64,000 bases of DNA from Eledone cirrhosa (GCA_964016885.1 OZ024741.1:142290001-142354000), one strand, 5' to 3'; shown: positions 38,398-52,168, numbered from the stretch's first letter. Notes: generated from the sequence alone by a model not told the origin. Numbers and translations are program-made.

Positions 38398-40058
38398 TTA
38401 CAGACACATACTCAGAGAAGGCCCATTCATTCGGGCCATACTTGCTTCTCTCACCCATCTTTCAACAAAATGCTGGGAAGAGAGCACTTCCCTCTCTACC
38501 CTGATTTTCCTTTTCAGATGAAATTTGAAAAAGTTAATCAGGGCATCACCGAAGAGGTAAGTGCTCGTCTTCAGCCCTTTCAAACGTGTCCACCATACTA
38601 TCTCTTTCGCCATGGCCACCAGACAGATAAAAACTCCCTGCCCTTCCCGGCTAAAGGAAGAGGGCGGGGCAATCCTCACGATGGACTCAGCTGATAGCTG
38701 TATCCGTCCTACACGTGACAGCAGGTGTTCGACATAAACCCACAAGTCAGCAATGCTCGGACACTGGACGAGTGCGTGCAGGACGGTTTCGTCGCCCTGT
38801 GCGCATCTCGGACATGCCCGGCTGACGGCACCTCCATGCCTGTAAAGTTTATCCCGAACTGGCAAAGCACCCCGGTAGCACTGCCAGGCCAGGGATTTCT
38901 GGAAGTTGTCCATAGGCCCCGGCCCGAAAGTCCTTCCGAAGAGATTGGCTAGTTGATTTTCGTCGACGCCTAGAGTTTCTCCAAGTACGTCGTCGCTCTT
39001 CCCCTCCACTAATCCCCTATAGAACGCCAAGGTGGAGTTTCCACCGATCACATTGCCCGATTGGTCGAGGGCTGTGAGCGCCTGAAGACATTCCAGTCTC
39101 CAAGCGCTCCCTCTCGGTCTTCGCTTGACCCAGGACTGCAGCTCCGTCAAGGAGACGAGCTGGGGAAAAACGCGTCTAGCAAACGGCGACCACACCTGAT
39201 CACCGTCGAGGAAGAGGTGGAGATGTCGTAGCCTGAGCGCGTGTCTGCGCATCATCAGCCACGGCATGCCCAGCCCTCCACGTAGCGGGTGTTGACAGCA
39301 GATGGACCTCCTGACCATCGGAGCGCGTCCCTTCCACAAGAAGCGAAAGAGCAAACGCTCCAGCGCAGTCAGGTGGGGCTTAGGACAAGGTACGACGGTC
39401 AGGCGGTAGTAGATGACGGACGCGATGTACGCGTTAGCCACCTCCGCTCGACCTTTCAGGGATAGCTTCCTCTCGGCCCATTTCTGGGTGAGAGAAGCCA
39501 CCCTGCTCGTCACCTCGTCCCAGTTTTTGTCCGTCTGGAGGTCTGGACCGAACCAGACCCCTAGCAATTTAACCGGTCCGTCTGTCCAGCGCCCGACGAC
39601 GCTGTTGGACGGCATGGACCTGCCTCTCCAGGTGCCGAGCTGCAGGCCCACTGACTTTTCCTGGTTGATCATTGCTCCTGTCACCGCTTCGTATTCTCTT
39701 AGTGTAGTGCCGATCGCCTCGATGTGTTTGGCGTTCGACACCACTACGGTGACATCGTCGGCATATGCTGACACGGATCTTCCGCATCCTAGTTCGCGCG
39801 GGATCCCCCTCAACGTCTCCAGTTTGTGCAGTAATGGCTCGAGAGTCAATACGTACAATAGGTACGAGAGGGGACATCCTTGGCGGACCGAGCGCATGAT
39901 GTTGAACGGTTCCGAAAGGTGACCGTTTACTCTCACTACAGAGCAGATGTTGCTGTGCATGGCAGCGATCCAGCCTCTGAAGACGGGCCCAAAGCCAGCC
40001 GCCCTCAGGACTGCCTCTAAGTAACGATGGTCGACCCTATCGAAGGCTTTCGACTGAT
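38398..40058 (-). pseudogene. Tx1 ORF2 C-terminal part: RT core plus C-terminal zinc finger
   Basis: DQSKAFDRVDH, SVRQGCPLS, AYADD, GGLGM, CPRC...ETVLHALVQC. Confidence 0.92.
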
Positions 40059-41819
40059 CTAAAGATTGATCAAAGACCCACCCGTGCCAGGTTCCCTAGC
40101 TACCCTCTCTACGATGTATCGCATGAGGTGAAGGTTGTCGTGGATGGATCTGTCGGGAATGGCGCATGTCTGTGCCTCTCCCACCAGACCACCAACGACA
40201 AGCGCCAACCTCTTTGCTAGCACCTTGGCCAAAATCTTGAACTCTGTGTTTAGCAGAGTTATGGGCCTAAAATTATCTATGTTATCCTCCTTGTTCGGAT
40301 CCTTTCTCAGCAGCGCCACCGCTCCTCGGCTCACAGAGCTGGGAATTCTCCTGTTCTGTTGCCAGTTGCAGTAGACGTCCGCCAAGAGGCCTCCGAACAA
40401 GTTTGGCATTTGTACGTAAAGTTCATAGGGCAGACCATCCAAACCAGGCGATTTACCCCTTGTGCAACTAGTCATTGCGTCCCGTACTTCAGCGGTTGTT
40501 ATCGGCTTTTCGCAACACTCCGCCTCAGTGGCCGAAAGCCGCGGCAGTCCGTCGAGGTAGACACTAAAGTCCATCCCTCGATCCGGCCCGCCACTGCCCC
40601 CGAACAGTTGAGCGAAGTGTCGCTGAAAAGCTTCACACATTTGCCCGGGATCGAGTAGCATGCGCCCGTCGTGGTCCACCAAAGACCGGATCGTGGCTTT
40701 GTTGCCACGACGCGCCTCCGCCACTCGGGCCCATTGAACGGCTTTCGTCCCCTCGTGTCTGAGAGCACGCACCCTAGCTCTGACAACGCAGCCTTCGTGC
40801 TTTGCATTGAAGAATTGGTCAAGGGCCAATTTCGCCGCAAGTACGTCGGTCGCGATGCCTTTGCTAAGCGCCTCATCTAATTTTCTAACTAGTTCTCCCT
40901 CTGCTCTATTTTTCTCTATTGCTAAAGTCTTACTAAACCTAATGGACTCTATTCTAATTGCTCTTTTCAGAGCAAACCACCACTTGTTGTTGACGATGGC
41001 CCCCGTCAACGCCCGCTTAACTAGTTCGCTAATCCAGTCTCTGTAGGCCTTGCGCGCTGGTAAGGACGCGTTTAGCTTCCAGTAGCCGGGTCCTCGCCTA
41101 TGAAGCCTATCTAAGTCAAGCACACAGATCACGAATTTGTGGTCCGTGTAGCTGACTATCTTGAATTGTGGACAGCCTATGCTAGACCTATCTATTTCCC
41201 TACAAAATACTCTATCTAGATATGATCTGGATGACCCTATGCGATTTGTCAAAGTCCACATTGGTACATTCGGGAAATCCATTCGGTAACTGTCAGACAG
41301 TTCAAAACGTCTGAGCAGGTTGGTGAGACTCTTGCACCCTCCTTCCCTATCCACTAATCCCACACAATCCCAGCGTGCATCTAAGATCCCGTTCCAGTCG
41401 CCCACTAACACTAAAGAGCGGGACGTTCCAAGAAAGGTCTCCAGACGCCGGAAGAAATCAGGCTGCCCTGCTCCTGTCGGGGCATAGACGGCCACTAACC
41501 TGAAAGCTTGCCCGTCTCCGCTGGTCACGTCCAGCACCACCAACTTACCTTCTGGATCCAGGAAGATGGCCCGTATGGCAAGATCCAAACCTCTCCGAAA
41601 AAGCACAGCAACTCCTCCCCCCGATCCCGGACGGCTGGGAGATGCGTACACATCGTAGCCGCCGAAGATCGGTGCGAAAGCCTGTGCTTCGGAGATTCTG
41701 GTCTCGCTGATGGCCACTACATCTATGTTTAGTGACCTGAGGTCGTTGAGCAGGTGGCCCTGCTTCCATGACGACCCCAAGCCACGCGCATTTATGCTGC
41801 CTATTCTGAGTGAGGTCAT
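40059..41819 (-). pseudogene. Tx1 ORF2 N-terminal part: AP endonuclease plus start of RT
   Basis: SINARGL, ISET, VYAP, GDWN, SYLDR, TDHK, GYWKLN, KSPGLDGL, NFRPITLLN. Confidence 0.92.
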
Positions 41820-44083
41820 GTTGAAAAGGAGTGGAAAAGATGGGAAAGACCACTTACCTTACTTCTCGTAGGGGAAGGACGGTTTTTCCATCCTTTTCAC
41901 TGCTTGTGGCCTCCTCAGGAAGGATGTCCTTATAAATCCTCCTGGAGAGTGCTTGTCGGAAGTCTCCGATGTCTTTGGGGAATTTTTGTTTTAGTGTCAT
42001 GTACGTTTTCTGTGTGATGCGAGTGATTTGTATGTGTGGAGGTGGTGTGAATTTTGGGGTTGTTGTGTAGTCTTTTTCTGTGATGCTGGTGTTGTGTTGG
42101 ATGTAGTGTAATAATTGCTTGTTGTTCAAATTTAATGCCGTGTAGTGTGTATCGTTTTGGTTGTTTTGTTTTGTTTGCGTTTGTTGTGGGTTTGTTTCTG
42201 TTTCGCATTTTGGTGACTTTTGTGGTGTAGGTGATGGTGGTGTTGGGGTTAATGATGGTGATGGTGTTGGTGTTTGGGTTGATGGGGTTGGTGATGCTGG
42301 TGTGGATGGTGGTATATCTGTCCTAACTTTTTTGTTTCTTAATTTATTTGTTTCCCTCTGTATTTTGTTTTTGGAGGGGGGAGGAAGAGAATTTTTTCAT
42401 TTTTGGTTTCTTTTTTTTTTTCCGGATATCGTTTCCCACTCCTCGTCGTCACAATCTGTCTCCAGTTGTGATAGGCCGGGGAGTGGAAAATCCTCCACAG
42501 GCGTTAGTTTTGGTTGTGGCGTGGTGGATGGTGTAGGTTTTGCTGGTGCTAGTTCTGAAGCGTTGGGTGGTGGTGGTGTTGGTTTTGCTGGTGGTGGTGG
42601 TGGTGTTGGTTTTGCTACTGTTGCTGGGGTTGTTGCTGTTATAGTTGCTTCTTTTGTTGCTGCTACAGTTGTTGCTGCCATCTCTGCTACTGGTGGTGTT
42701 GATGGTTGTGTCACTGGGGTGGGTAGGAGAGGTGGCCTCAACCTTTTAGCCTGAGGGCAGAAAGCCCTTAGGTGGGTTCCTTCACCACAAACGACACACC
42801 CAGGTCTTCTGCCCTCGACAATTACCGTGAGGTGGCTGTCGTCAGTGAGGTCTATTACCTCTGGGATCTCCTCAATGCTTTTTTGGTCCGCTTGGATCAG
42901 GAGCTCCATCCCAGATCCGGACCAGTTCTCCTGCTTTTCTTTTGCTATTGCTATTATTTTTGTGTTGGCTTAGATGCCGGCGAGGGCGGCCGCTATTAGC
43001 CAGGGAATTTCGATGGCCGGTGGAACGTGGGTCACCCTGATCTTTACGAGTCTCTGGCCACAATAGCTTGGGACGAGTGTGAAGTCGTCACTTCTTAATG
43101 GGGCCATGGAGTGTTCTCTAGCCTCCTCTGGTGTTTCAAAGAACACGTCCACGGTTCCATACTTTTGCCCACGTCTGATGTGGGTTTTTCTTGCCCACAC
43201 ATGTCCCAAAGCTTTTTGGATTTGGGACTCGGATGCCCGTTCCACTCGGCGCGATTTTACATTTATTGTTCTATACGACACGGTGCATAGGCGCCGATGC
43301 TCCATTTTATTAGGTGGGGGGTGAGGCTGACCCTGTACCCATCTTTCTTTACCATTTATTTGGCATTTTCTAAATCCTCCTGAGTTACCGTAAATGCTTC
43401 GAACTGTTTCGCTACTCTGGCGAAACTGAGGGTCGGTTTTATAATGTCATTGTTGTTGTTGTTGCTATCGTTATTTGTGTTAATATTAATTTTTGTTTCA
43501 GTTGTGGTGGTGGTGACGTCAGTCGTCTTTGGTGGGGAAGAGTCCATTTTGCTTGATTTCATTTCGACATCACGAGTTAATTTATTTTTTTCTTCTTTTG
43601 TTTCTGTTGTCGCGGTGGTTGTGGGGGTGGTGGTTGTCGCGGTGGTGGTGGTGGTGGTGGTGGTGGTGGTGGTGGTGGTGGAGGCTTTAACACCTGCAGT
43701 CATTGGTAATGGCGGGAAATGAATATCTGCCTGAGACAAATTTAAAATATTGCTACTGCTTATATTTTTTTTTTTGTGTTGGCAAACGTAGTAACATTTA
43801 CAATGGTGGTGTCGGTGTGAGGTGTTAATTTGTGAGGAAGGCTTTCAGCTGCTTGGTGCAGAGGTGAATTAGCCATTTTTTTCAAAGAAATTTTTTGATA
43901 ATAATAAAAGTTTAAATTTTGGGCACAAGGCCCCAATCTTTTTGGGTGTCCTTTTCGGAAAACAATGTATGTGCGCTTATAAACAGTTAACAATAAAATT
44001 TTCCATAAATGACAATTTTTAACAAACGGAAATAACAAACCTTTGCGGAGCTCACGATGATACGATTTACTACGTAGGTCGCC

Positions 44084-44147
<64 letters not shown>

Positions 44148-44149
<2 letters not shown>

Positions 44150-47100
44150 TTCCCGAAAACAGAGGCTATATTGACAGTAACAAACTAGCCAATATACGAA
44201 GAAATATTGTAAGAAAAAGTTACTAACTGATATAGAAATTGATCAGATCAAGCTATTAGCACAAAGTCAGCGAAGGGAAAATGAAACATGTGTCAGTGAA
44301 AACGAGGTAAACTGTAACACTTCGAATCCCAGGGTTGGGGCGGAATCACTGGCAACAGAACAAATTAAAGAAAGGATCGAAAAAGTGGAGGGAGTGCATG
44401 CTCAGGATGAAACTCCAAATGAAAATAATGAGATCGTAAATGATAAAGAAATGAATGAGAATGAACTTGCCAACTTGAAGGATGAAATTATGATCGAATG
44501 GATGAAAATGAAAGAATCTGACATGGGGCAACGAGACACCCTCCCTAAGATCCAGAACTCGAAACAGAACCAAAAGATAATACACAAGACTAACATAATT
44601 CTCAAAAACATTATCATCACAAACAAACTAAACATTACTGATTTAAATCATCTCTATTATGCATCGGCTAAAGTCACCACTCACTTATGTGGAGTGAAGA
44701 TGAAAAAACAAAGGAATTCCCACAAGAAATCTACTTGGCAAGAGAACATCAATCGCCAAATAAACCTTCTCCGATCTGACATAGAAATGTTAACAAACTA
44801 TAAAGTAGGTGAACATGTTAAACAAACTAAACTTAGAAAATTGAAAAAAAAGTACAGTATAAAATCAACATGTGACATAGACATGCTGATAGAAATAATC
44901 AAGCAAAAAGTGTCGGTCAAAGCTGCTCGTATAAGGCGCTTTGAAAAACGATCTAGATTCTATAAGGACAATAATATGTTCAAAAACAACCAAAGAAACT
45001 TCTACAGAAAAATTGGTAAGTCAACAATAACTGCTAAATCAATACCACCCAAGGAGGAAGTGCAAGAATTCTGGGAAAAGATCTTGGCCGAAGAAAAAGT
45101 TCATAACATACATGCCCCATGGATAGACAGACAAATGAAAGATACAGCTCACCTTGAGGAACAAACATGGGAAAATATAACAGTTGAACAGTTGCGCTTG
45201 GCTCTAAGAAAAACCAGCAAATGGAAATCCCCAGGAAAAGACAAAATACAAAACTTTTGGATAAATGCCTTCACAGAGTCTCATGAGCTGTTAGCCCAAC
45301 TTTACAATGAAATAGTTAAGGAGCCAGAAAAGATACCTTCATGGCTAGTTAACGGCATTACATTCCTGCTTCCGAAGAATGATGAGACAAACAATCCCAA
45401 AAATTACAGACCGATAACTTGCTTGACCACAATGTATAAAATGTTAACATCAGTCCTAACTGAATACACATATGACCACCTGATAACAAATGACCTATTT
45501 CCCATTGAGCAGAAAGGGTGTAAACGAGGCTCATATGGCTGTAAGGATCAGCTTTTGGTTAACAAAATGATACTGGAAGATTGTCAGAATAGACACAAAA
45601 ATCTATCTTGGATAGATTATAAAAAAGCATTCGATAGTTTGCCATACAGTTGGATTGAAAAATGTTTAGAGATTTTCAAAATATCCCCCGTTGTCAGGAG
45701 GTTTTTGTCATTCAGTATGAAGACATGGAAAACGACACTCCTTTTGAATAGTGAAACAAAATCACTGGAAGCTGGAGAAGTTAATATTAATTGTGGAATT
45801 TTTTAGGGTGACTCTTTATCACCGCTTTTATTCTGCATCGCACTTATACCATTAAGTAAAATGCTCAATGAAACAAAACATGGATATAAAGTCTATGACA
45901 AAACCATTAATCACTTGTTCTACATGGATGACCTGAAACTATTTGCAAAAAATGATGAACAATTGCAAGGGCTATTATCCACTGTGAAGCAGTTCAGTGA
46001 TGACATTAAAATGGAGTTTGGACTAGATAAATGCGCCAAAGCAACGTTCACCAGAGGAAAGCTGCTGAAGAGTTCAGACATTAATCTTGATCGGGGGAAC
46101 GTGATAAGAGAACTTGATCAAGAAAAAACTTACAAATATCTAGGTGTTTGTGAAGGAGACGGAATCAAGCACTCGACAATGAGGGAAAGGATAAGGAAGG
46201 AATGTTACCGCAGAGTAAGAGCAATCTTAAGAACGGAATTGAATGCAAGGAATAGGATCGATGCCATAAACACGGTTGCCATACCAGTAGTAACCTACAG
46301 TTACAATGTCATCAACTGGTCAAGCACAGAGATCCGTAGGCTCGATACAAAAATTCGAAAATTCTTAACCATGCACAGAATGCATCACCCTAAGGCAGAT
46401 ATAGATAGAATATATCTCCCTAGGAAAGAAGGAGGACGTGGGTTAATCCAGTTAGATATTGCGTTGAAAACTGCAACTATTGGATTATCTACATATCTAA
46501 GGGAATCACATGATTGGATGATCAAACTCGTTTTGAAACACGAAAGCATCAAAAGATCATATTCCATTACAAAAGATGCACAAAGATACAGTAATGGACT
46601 ACAAATTTCAGAAGTCCCATTTACTGCTGAAATGGAAAACACAGAAAAAGCAAAGCAGGTAAAAGTAACTGCAAATAAAGAACTGCTACAGAAACTGGCT
46701 AAGAAATGGCAAGAAAAGCCTCTGTATGGAAAACACCCAGAACGAGCTAACATCCTGATGTTGACAAAACTTTAACCCATCAGTGGTTGGCATCCTCTGG
46801 ACTGAAATCGGAGACTGAAGGACTGATTATATCAGCACAAGATCAGTGTCTGCCAACAAAAAATTACCAAGCCAACATAATAAAAAATGGATGCAGCCCA
46901 TTATGCCGTGTATGCAAAAAACAACCAGAGACCATTGACCATATAATTTCAATGTGCAGTCCTATAGCTCCAACCGAATACCTAAACAGGCATGACAGAG
47001 CTGCACAATACATACATTGGATAATGTGTAAGCATTTTGACCTGCCCCATCAAAAGAATTGGTGGGAGCATCAACCACCTCCCATACTTGAAAAAGATCA

Positions 47101-47613
47101 CATCTCAATCTTGTGGAACTTTAGCATCCAAACAGACCGAAAAATAGATGCAAATAGACCTGATATAATATTGAAGGACTTTAAAAAGAGGGTATGCCTG
47201 CTAATTGATATGTCCGTTCCAATAGACAAGAATGTATCTATAAAAACATTTGAAAAATTGAGCAAGTATAAGGACCTGGAGATAGAAATTGGAAAAATGT
47301 GGAAATTGAGAACTAAAACAATACCAGTGGTTGTAGGCGCTCTGGGAATGATACCTAAGGGGTCTAATGATTACTTATCGCAAATCCCAGGAAACCCGCG
47401 TATAGGAGAAATACAAAAGATAGTACTAATGGGAACTGCCCATATACTAAGGAAGATTCTGTCAATATAAGTACATCACAAGTCTAAACACTAAAGATGC
47501 ATGTGTGAGTATGTATGTTCTTTCTTGAACATGGCGGACCTTGTTGTCTCTTGAGGTCACTGGTTGTGACTTGATGATAACTCGTATGAACATAAAGCAA
47601 GATAAATGCAACT

Positions 47614-47614
<1 letters not shown>
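44148..47614 (+). mobile_element. R4/Dong-clade RLE non-LTR retrotransposon, 5'-truncated, flanked on both sides by (AAT)n
   Basis: WKSPGKD, NYRPITCL, WIDYKKAFDS, GIF*GDSLSP (nonsense), YMDDLKL, GGRGL, CRVC..ETIDHIISMC, RHD, NRPDI..D, K..KY.DL. ORF pieces: 44385-45806, 45861-46775, 46787-47470. Confidence 0.93.
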
Positions 47615-47688
<74 letters not shown>

Positions 47689-48509
47689 GGCAGAAAACGT
47701 ACATGGTGGATATATATCGTTATGGAATCGCTCCCCTAAGTTTTTGATTTTTACTTCTTTAAAACAACTGTGATAGAATAATTCTTATTACAAATGAACA
47801 ATAAGATTACAGTTTTCACGTTCAGCAAGCCATAACGCATCACTTTACGGCATAGGGCCCCAATATTTAATATTTAATTTTGGATCAGAAATGTTATAGT
47901 CGAAAAGGAGGAAAATGGCAAAATGGCTAAATAGCTAAATAGCTAAATGGCTAAGTGGACAGACAGAAAGATAATTTCACCACCAACACCACCACCACGA
48001 AGTTACCTCAACTTCTATTTCTACTTCAACTTCAACACCATCACTACAGTACTACTATCACATCACCACCACCACTGCCTCATTATCGCTACCGCCGCTG
48101 TTCTCTCCCACTACCTCCTGCTAAGTACTACTAGCACAGCACCACCACCACCACCACCACCACCACCGCCTCATTGTCACTACCGCCGCTATTCTCTCCC
48201 ACTACCTCCTGCCAAGACATGCATCGTAGTGTCCCCACTAAAAGAGGAAGGCATCAAAAGATATAAATAGACTGATTTGATGACCCGGTCAAAAAATAAA
48301 AAAAAACAAAAATAAAAATCAAAGCAGCACAGCAACAACGAAAAACGTAAAGAAAAGAAAAATGAAAAGAAAAACAAACAGACAGACAGAGAAGGGAAGG
48401 GAAAAACTAAGTCAGACATTCAAACATTACATTACAATGAAATTTATGCTTATTCTTTTTTTTTTTTTTTTTTTTACCTATTTGTTTGTTTGTTTATTTA
48501 TGTTCGTCT

Positions 48510-51500
48510 ACAGCGTGATAGTGCCACACAAAAATCACCGGGAGTGATGAAATCACCGGTGGTTATGTAACCATACATTCACCAATCCTCGATAAGAGTG
48601 TTTAAATGTCGAACCTAAACAGTTCGAATAACGGTGAAGTGGAGACTGGAATGTCATGTGACAGACTCTCACCCAGCAGGTGCTTCCTGGCTCAGCAGCA
48701 GGGACCTGGCTGTCAACCAAATACTGCTGGTATCGAAGGAAGAAGAAGAAGGAAAGGGACCAGAACCAACTGGACGAAAGAATTGAATAGAACTGTTATG
48801 CAATGTTACCTGAAGAGTAACCCCAAGGAGAAAGGATATAGGAAACGGATGCATAACATCTGGAACGAGATTGGTCTATTTAAATTCGAGGAACGAACAA
48901 AAATTGGCCGGGCAGGCTCGGGTAATAAGAACTAATGGGTGGATAAGCGAGCTGGAACTGGAGGAACTGAGCAGAGAGATTAGGTTGGAAATGGAGAGTG
49001 GAGTATGCCAGGCAAACGAGCCAGTGGGAAATGAAGGTGAAGAGGTTGAGAGAACGGAGGAACCATCCGAAGCAGACAATGATCTGAATGCTGAAATAAA
49101 TAATACCTGGAATAAAGATACGGCCATTGAGGAGATGAATGGTGACGGGCTAGGACAAGATTTGGTTGATATCCTAAACTTAGTGGTAGATGAATTGAAC
49201 AATGATAGTGGGAAACCTATGAAGCTAAGATTTGTAGACAGGAAAAAGTTAAAAGAAACAACAGCTATGGTAAACAAAGTCATCCCATACCTTGAGGCGA
49301 GGAGCCTTCACCAGTGCAACAATATCCTCATAGCAACAGCAAATGCGGTGAGGAAATTACTTGGTATAAAAGCGAGAGGAAACAACAAACAAGAAAGATC
49401 AGAGCCTTGGTGGAAGAAACGACTGAATGGTCAAATCAGGGAAATGAGAAATGACATTGGAAAGCTTGAGTCCCTACTGAATGGGACACTAAAAAACATA
49501 GACACTAAAAATAGACTGGAAATAAAGTACAAAACTAGGAGGAAAAAGCTAAATATTATCATAGAGGAACTGAAGCAACGCATTGTAGCAAAGAGTGCAA
49601 AAATTAGGCGATACGAGAGCAGAGTCAGTCAGTATAGACAGAACCGCATGTTTGACAACAACCAGAAGATGCTGTTTGGACAGCTTGAAGAGAAAGAAAG
49701 AGGCAACGACTTGATCCCTGAGGCGGAACAAACTAAGACATTCTGGAGGGGAATATGGGAGCAGGATGTTAAACATAATGACCAGGCAGTGTGGATTGAG
49801 ACAGTACAAAAGGAGATTAGTGAACAGGCACACCAACAAACTGATTTCAGTATCACAGTTGAAACTCTTAAAGGGCAGGCCAAAAAACTTACCAACTGGA
49901 AATCACCAGGTCCAGATGGTGTGCAGGGGTATTGGATTAAAAATATAACATCCCTCCACCCGAAACTGGCAACCATGTTCAATGACTGCTTGATGTCAGG
50001 TGAGGTACCAGAGTGGTTGACAAAAGGTACCACGGTTCTGGTAATGAAAGACCGAATCAAAGGTAATAATGTTACCAACTATAGACCTATCACATGTCTG
50101 TCCGTAATGTGGAAACTGTTGACAAGCATTATGTCTGAGGAAATCTACCATCACCTCCACACAAACAACTTGTTACCGGACGAACAGAAAAGATGCCGAA
50201 AGAAGTCCCGTGGTACAAAGGACCAGTTACTTATTGATAAGATGGTAATGAGGAATTGCAAGAGGAGACACACTGGTCTTGCCATGGGATGGATAGACTA
50301 CAAAAAGGCATTTGACATGGTGCCTCATTCTTGGATCACCAAAAGCCTAGAGATCTTCAAGGTGGCAGATAACATCAGACAGTTGTTGGGCAAAAGTATG
50401 AAGTCCTGGAAAACAGAGTTAACATCAGCTGGAGAATCCTTGGTAGGCGTGAAGATCAAGATAGGTATCTTCCAGAGAGATAGTCTGTCCCCTCTGTTGT
50501 TTGTCCTTGCCCTGATGCCCCTGACCATTATACTGCGAAAAGTGAGAGCAGGATACAAGTTGGGAAAGGGAGAGCTTACCATCAATCACCTCCTCTTCAT
50601 GGACGATCTTAAGCTCTTCGGGAAGAGTGAGAAGGAGTTGGATGTGCTTGTTGACACTGTCCGTATTTTCAGCAATGATATATGTATGCAATTTGGTATT
50701 AGTAAGTGTGTAGTCCTTGTGATGAAGAGGGGTAAATTGAGCAGAAGCAACGGAATCCAGGTACCAACAGGTGAGATGATAAAGGAAATTGACACTGAAG
50801 AAGGATACAAGTATTTGGGTGTTCTGGAGGCTGATGACATCAAGAACAAAAAAATGAAGGAATTGATAAGATCTGAATACATTCGGAGAGTAAGGAGCGT
50901 ATTAAAATCACATCTGAACAGTAGGAATGCCATAAGTCCAGTAAATTCCCGAGCTGTGTCTATTATTAGGTACAGTGCGGGAATTCTGAGATGGAATGTT
51001 GCTGAACAAAAAGAAGTGGATAGGAAGACAAGGAAGCTATTGACTATCTACAACATGTTCCACAAGAGGAGTGATGTCGATAGACTCTACTTAAGGAGAT
51101 CTGAAGGTGGAAGAGGTCTTATCAGCATAGAGGACTGTGTTCAGATGGAGAAAAACAACCTACACAAATACGTGACTGATAGTAAGGAGCCAATGCTCAG
51201 AACTGTACTGAAGGAGAGGACAATAGACCAGGGGATGTCTAAGGAGGAAATAACAACAAGGAGAAAGAGCAGCCTTCATGAAAAATCCCTTCATAGTACC
51301 TTCTTTGAGAAAACTGAATTCAGAGATCCACAGACATGGAACTGGTTGAAAAGAGGAGACCTTAAAAAGGCTACAGAAGGAATGTTAATGGCTGCGCAAG
51401 AGCAGGCTCTCAAAACGAAGTGGTTGAAACACCATATTTACAAGGAGGAGGCTAGCCCACTTTGCAGGATCTGTGGAGAGAGAGAGGAGACTGTGGCTCA

Positions 51501-52112
51501 CATTGTATCCGAGTGTAAACACTTATCCCAGACTCACTATAAGGGCTGGAGACATGATGTGATGGGCAGGGTGATCCACTGGCACCTATGCAAAGTAAAC
51601 AATTTACCACATTCTGAGAAGTGGTATGAGCATAAGCCAGAGTCAGTGATAGAAAACGATCAGGTGAAGGTGCTGTGGGATTTTAGGATACAGACGGACA
51701 AGAAACTGGAACACAATAGACCTGACCTGGTGGTTTTGGACAAAGAAAAAAGATCGTGCCTGATTGTGGATGTGGCCTGCCCATTCGAGACGAGAGTGCA
51801 AGAGAAGGAGAGGGAGAAAATTAACCGATACCAGGACTTAAAGTGGGAGGTAAAAAGGATTTGGAACTGCCATGAAGTCAAAGTGGTCACGATTGTCATA
51901 GGCGCACTAGGTACTATCTCAAAAGGTTTCCAGAGATGGTTAAAGAAAATTGGCCCCGCCACGCTTTTTGGAACGCTTCAAAAGGCATGCTTGCTGGGAA
52001 CAGCAAGAACCCTCCGATACGTCCTGAATATCTGAGGCTACAGGTAGTGGCTTGATATTCATTTCAACAAACTTTCCAGTTAACTAACATCAATGACTGA
52101 GACTCAAAGAAC
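48510..52112 (+). mobile_element. Second R4/Dong-clade element, near full length, followed by (AAT)n
   Basis: N-terminal ORF at 48606 (R..WT.E.N..VM.CY..S.P...GYRKRM...W) frameshifts near 48890 into ORF 48871-52035. Confidence 0.93.
48871..52035 (+). CDS. Dong/R4 RT-CCHC-RLE polyprotein (long open frame; N-terminus frameshifted)
   Basis: WKSPGPDG, NYRPITCL, WIDYKKAFD, GIFQRDSLSP, FMDDLKL, CRIC..ETVAHIVSEC, RHD, NRPDLV, EKI.RY.DL. Confidence 0.85.
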   Translation: MVYLNSRNEQKLAGQARVIRTNGWISELELEELSREIRLEMESGVCQANEPVGNEGEEVERTEEPSEADNDLNAEINNTWNKDTAIEEMNGDGLGQDLVDILNLVVDELNNDSGKPMKLRFVDRKKLKETTAMVNKVIPYLEARSLHQCNNILIATANAVRKLLGIKARGNNKQERSEPWWKKRLNGQIREMRNDIGKLESLLNGTLKNIDTKNRLEIKYKTRRKKLNIIIEELKQRIVAKSAKIRRYESRVSQYRQNRMFDNNQKMLFGQLEEKERGNDLIPEAEQTKTFWRGIWEQDVKHNDQAVWIETVQKEISEQAHQQTDFSITVETLKGQAKKLTNWKSPGPDGVQGYWIKNITSLHPKLATMFNDCLMSGEVPEWLTKGTTVLVMKDRIKGNNVTNYRPITCLSVMWKLLTSIMSEEIYHHLHTNNLLPDEQKRCRKKSRGTKDQLLIDKMVMRNCKRRHTGLAMGWIDYKKAFDMVPHSWITKSLEIFKVADNIRQLLGKSMKSWKTELTSAGESLVGVKIKIGIFQRDSLSPLLFVLALMPLTIILRKVRAGYKLGKGELTINHLLFMDDLKLFGKSEKELDVLVDTVRIFSNDICMQFGISKCVVLVMKRGKLSRSNGIQVPTGEMIKEIDTEEGYKYLGVLEADDIKNKKMKELIRSEYIRRVRSVLKSHLNSRNAISPVNSRAVSIIRYSAGILRWNVAEQKEVDRKTRKLLTIYNMFHKRSDVDRLYLRRSEGGRGLISIEDCVQMEKNNLHKYVTDSKEPMLRTVLKERTIDQGMSKEEITTRRKSSLHEKSLHSTFFEKTEFRDPQTWNWLKRGDLKKATEGMLMAAQEQALKTKWLKHHIYKEEASPLCRICGEREETVAHIVSECKHLSQTHYKGWRHDVMGRVIHWHLCKVNNLPHSEKWYEHKPESVIENDQVKVLWDFRIQTDKKLEHNRPDLVVLDKEKRSCLIVDVACPFETRVQEKEREKINRYQDLKWEVKRIWNCHEVKVVTIVIGALGTISKGFQRWLKKIGPATLFGTLQKACLLGTARTLRYVLNI

Positions 52113-52166
<54 letters not shown>

Positions 52167-52168
<2 letters not shown>

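Larger units (their letters stand above)
38148..44083 (-). mobile_element. Tx1-clade non-LTR retrotransposon, near full length (ORF1 plus APE-RT ORF2), disrupted
   Basis: ORF1 fragments 43739-~41854 with zinc knuckle CVVCGEGTHLRAFC. ORF2 41819-38398 with one frameshift near 40060. Confidence 0.92.
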
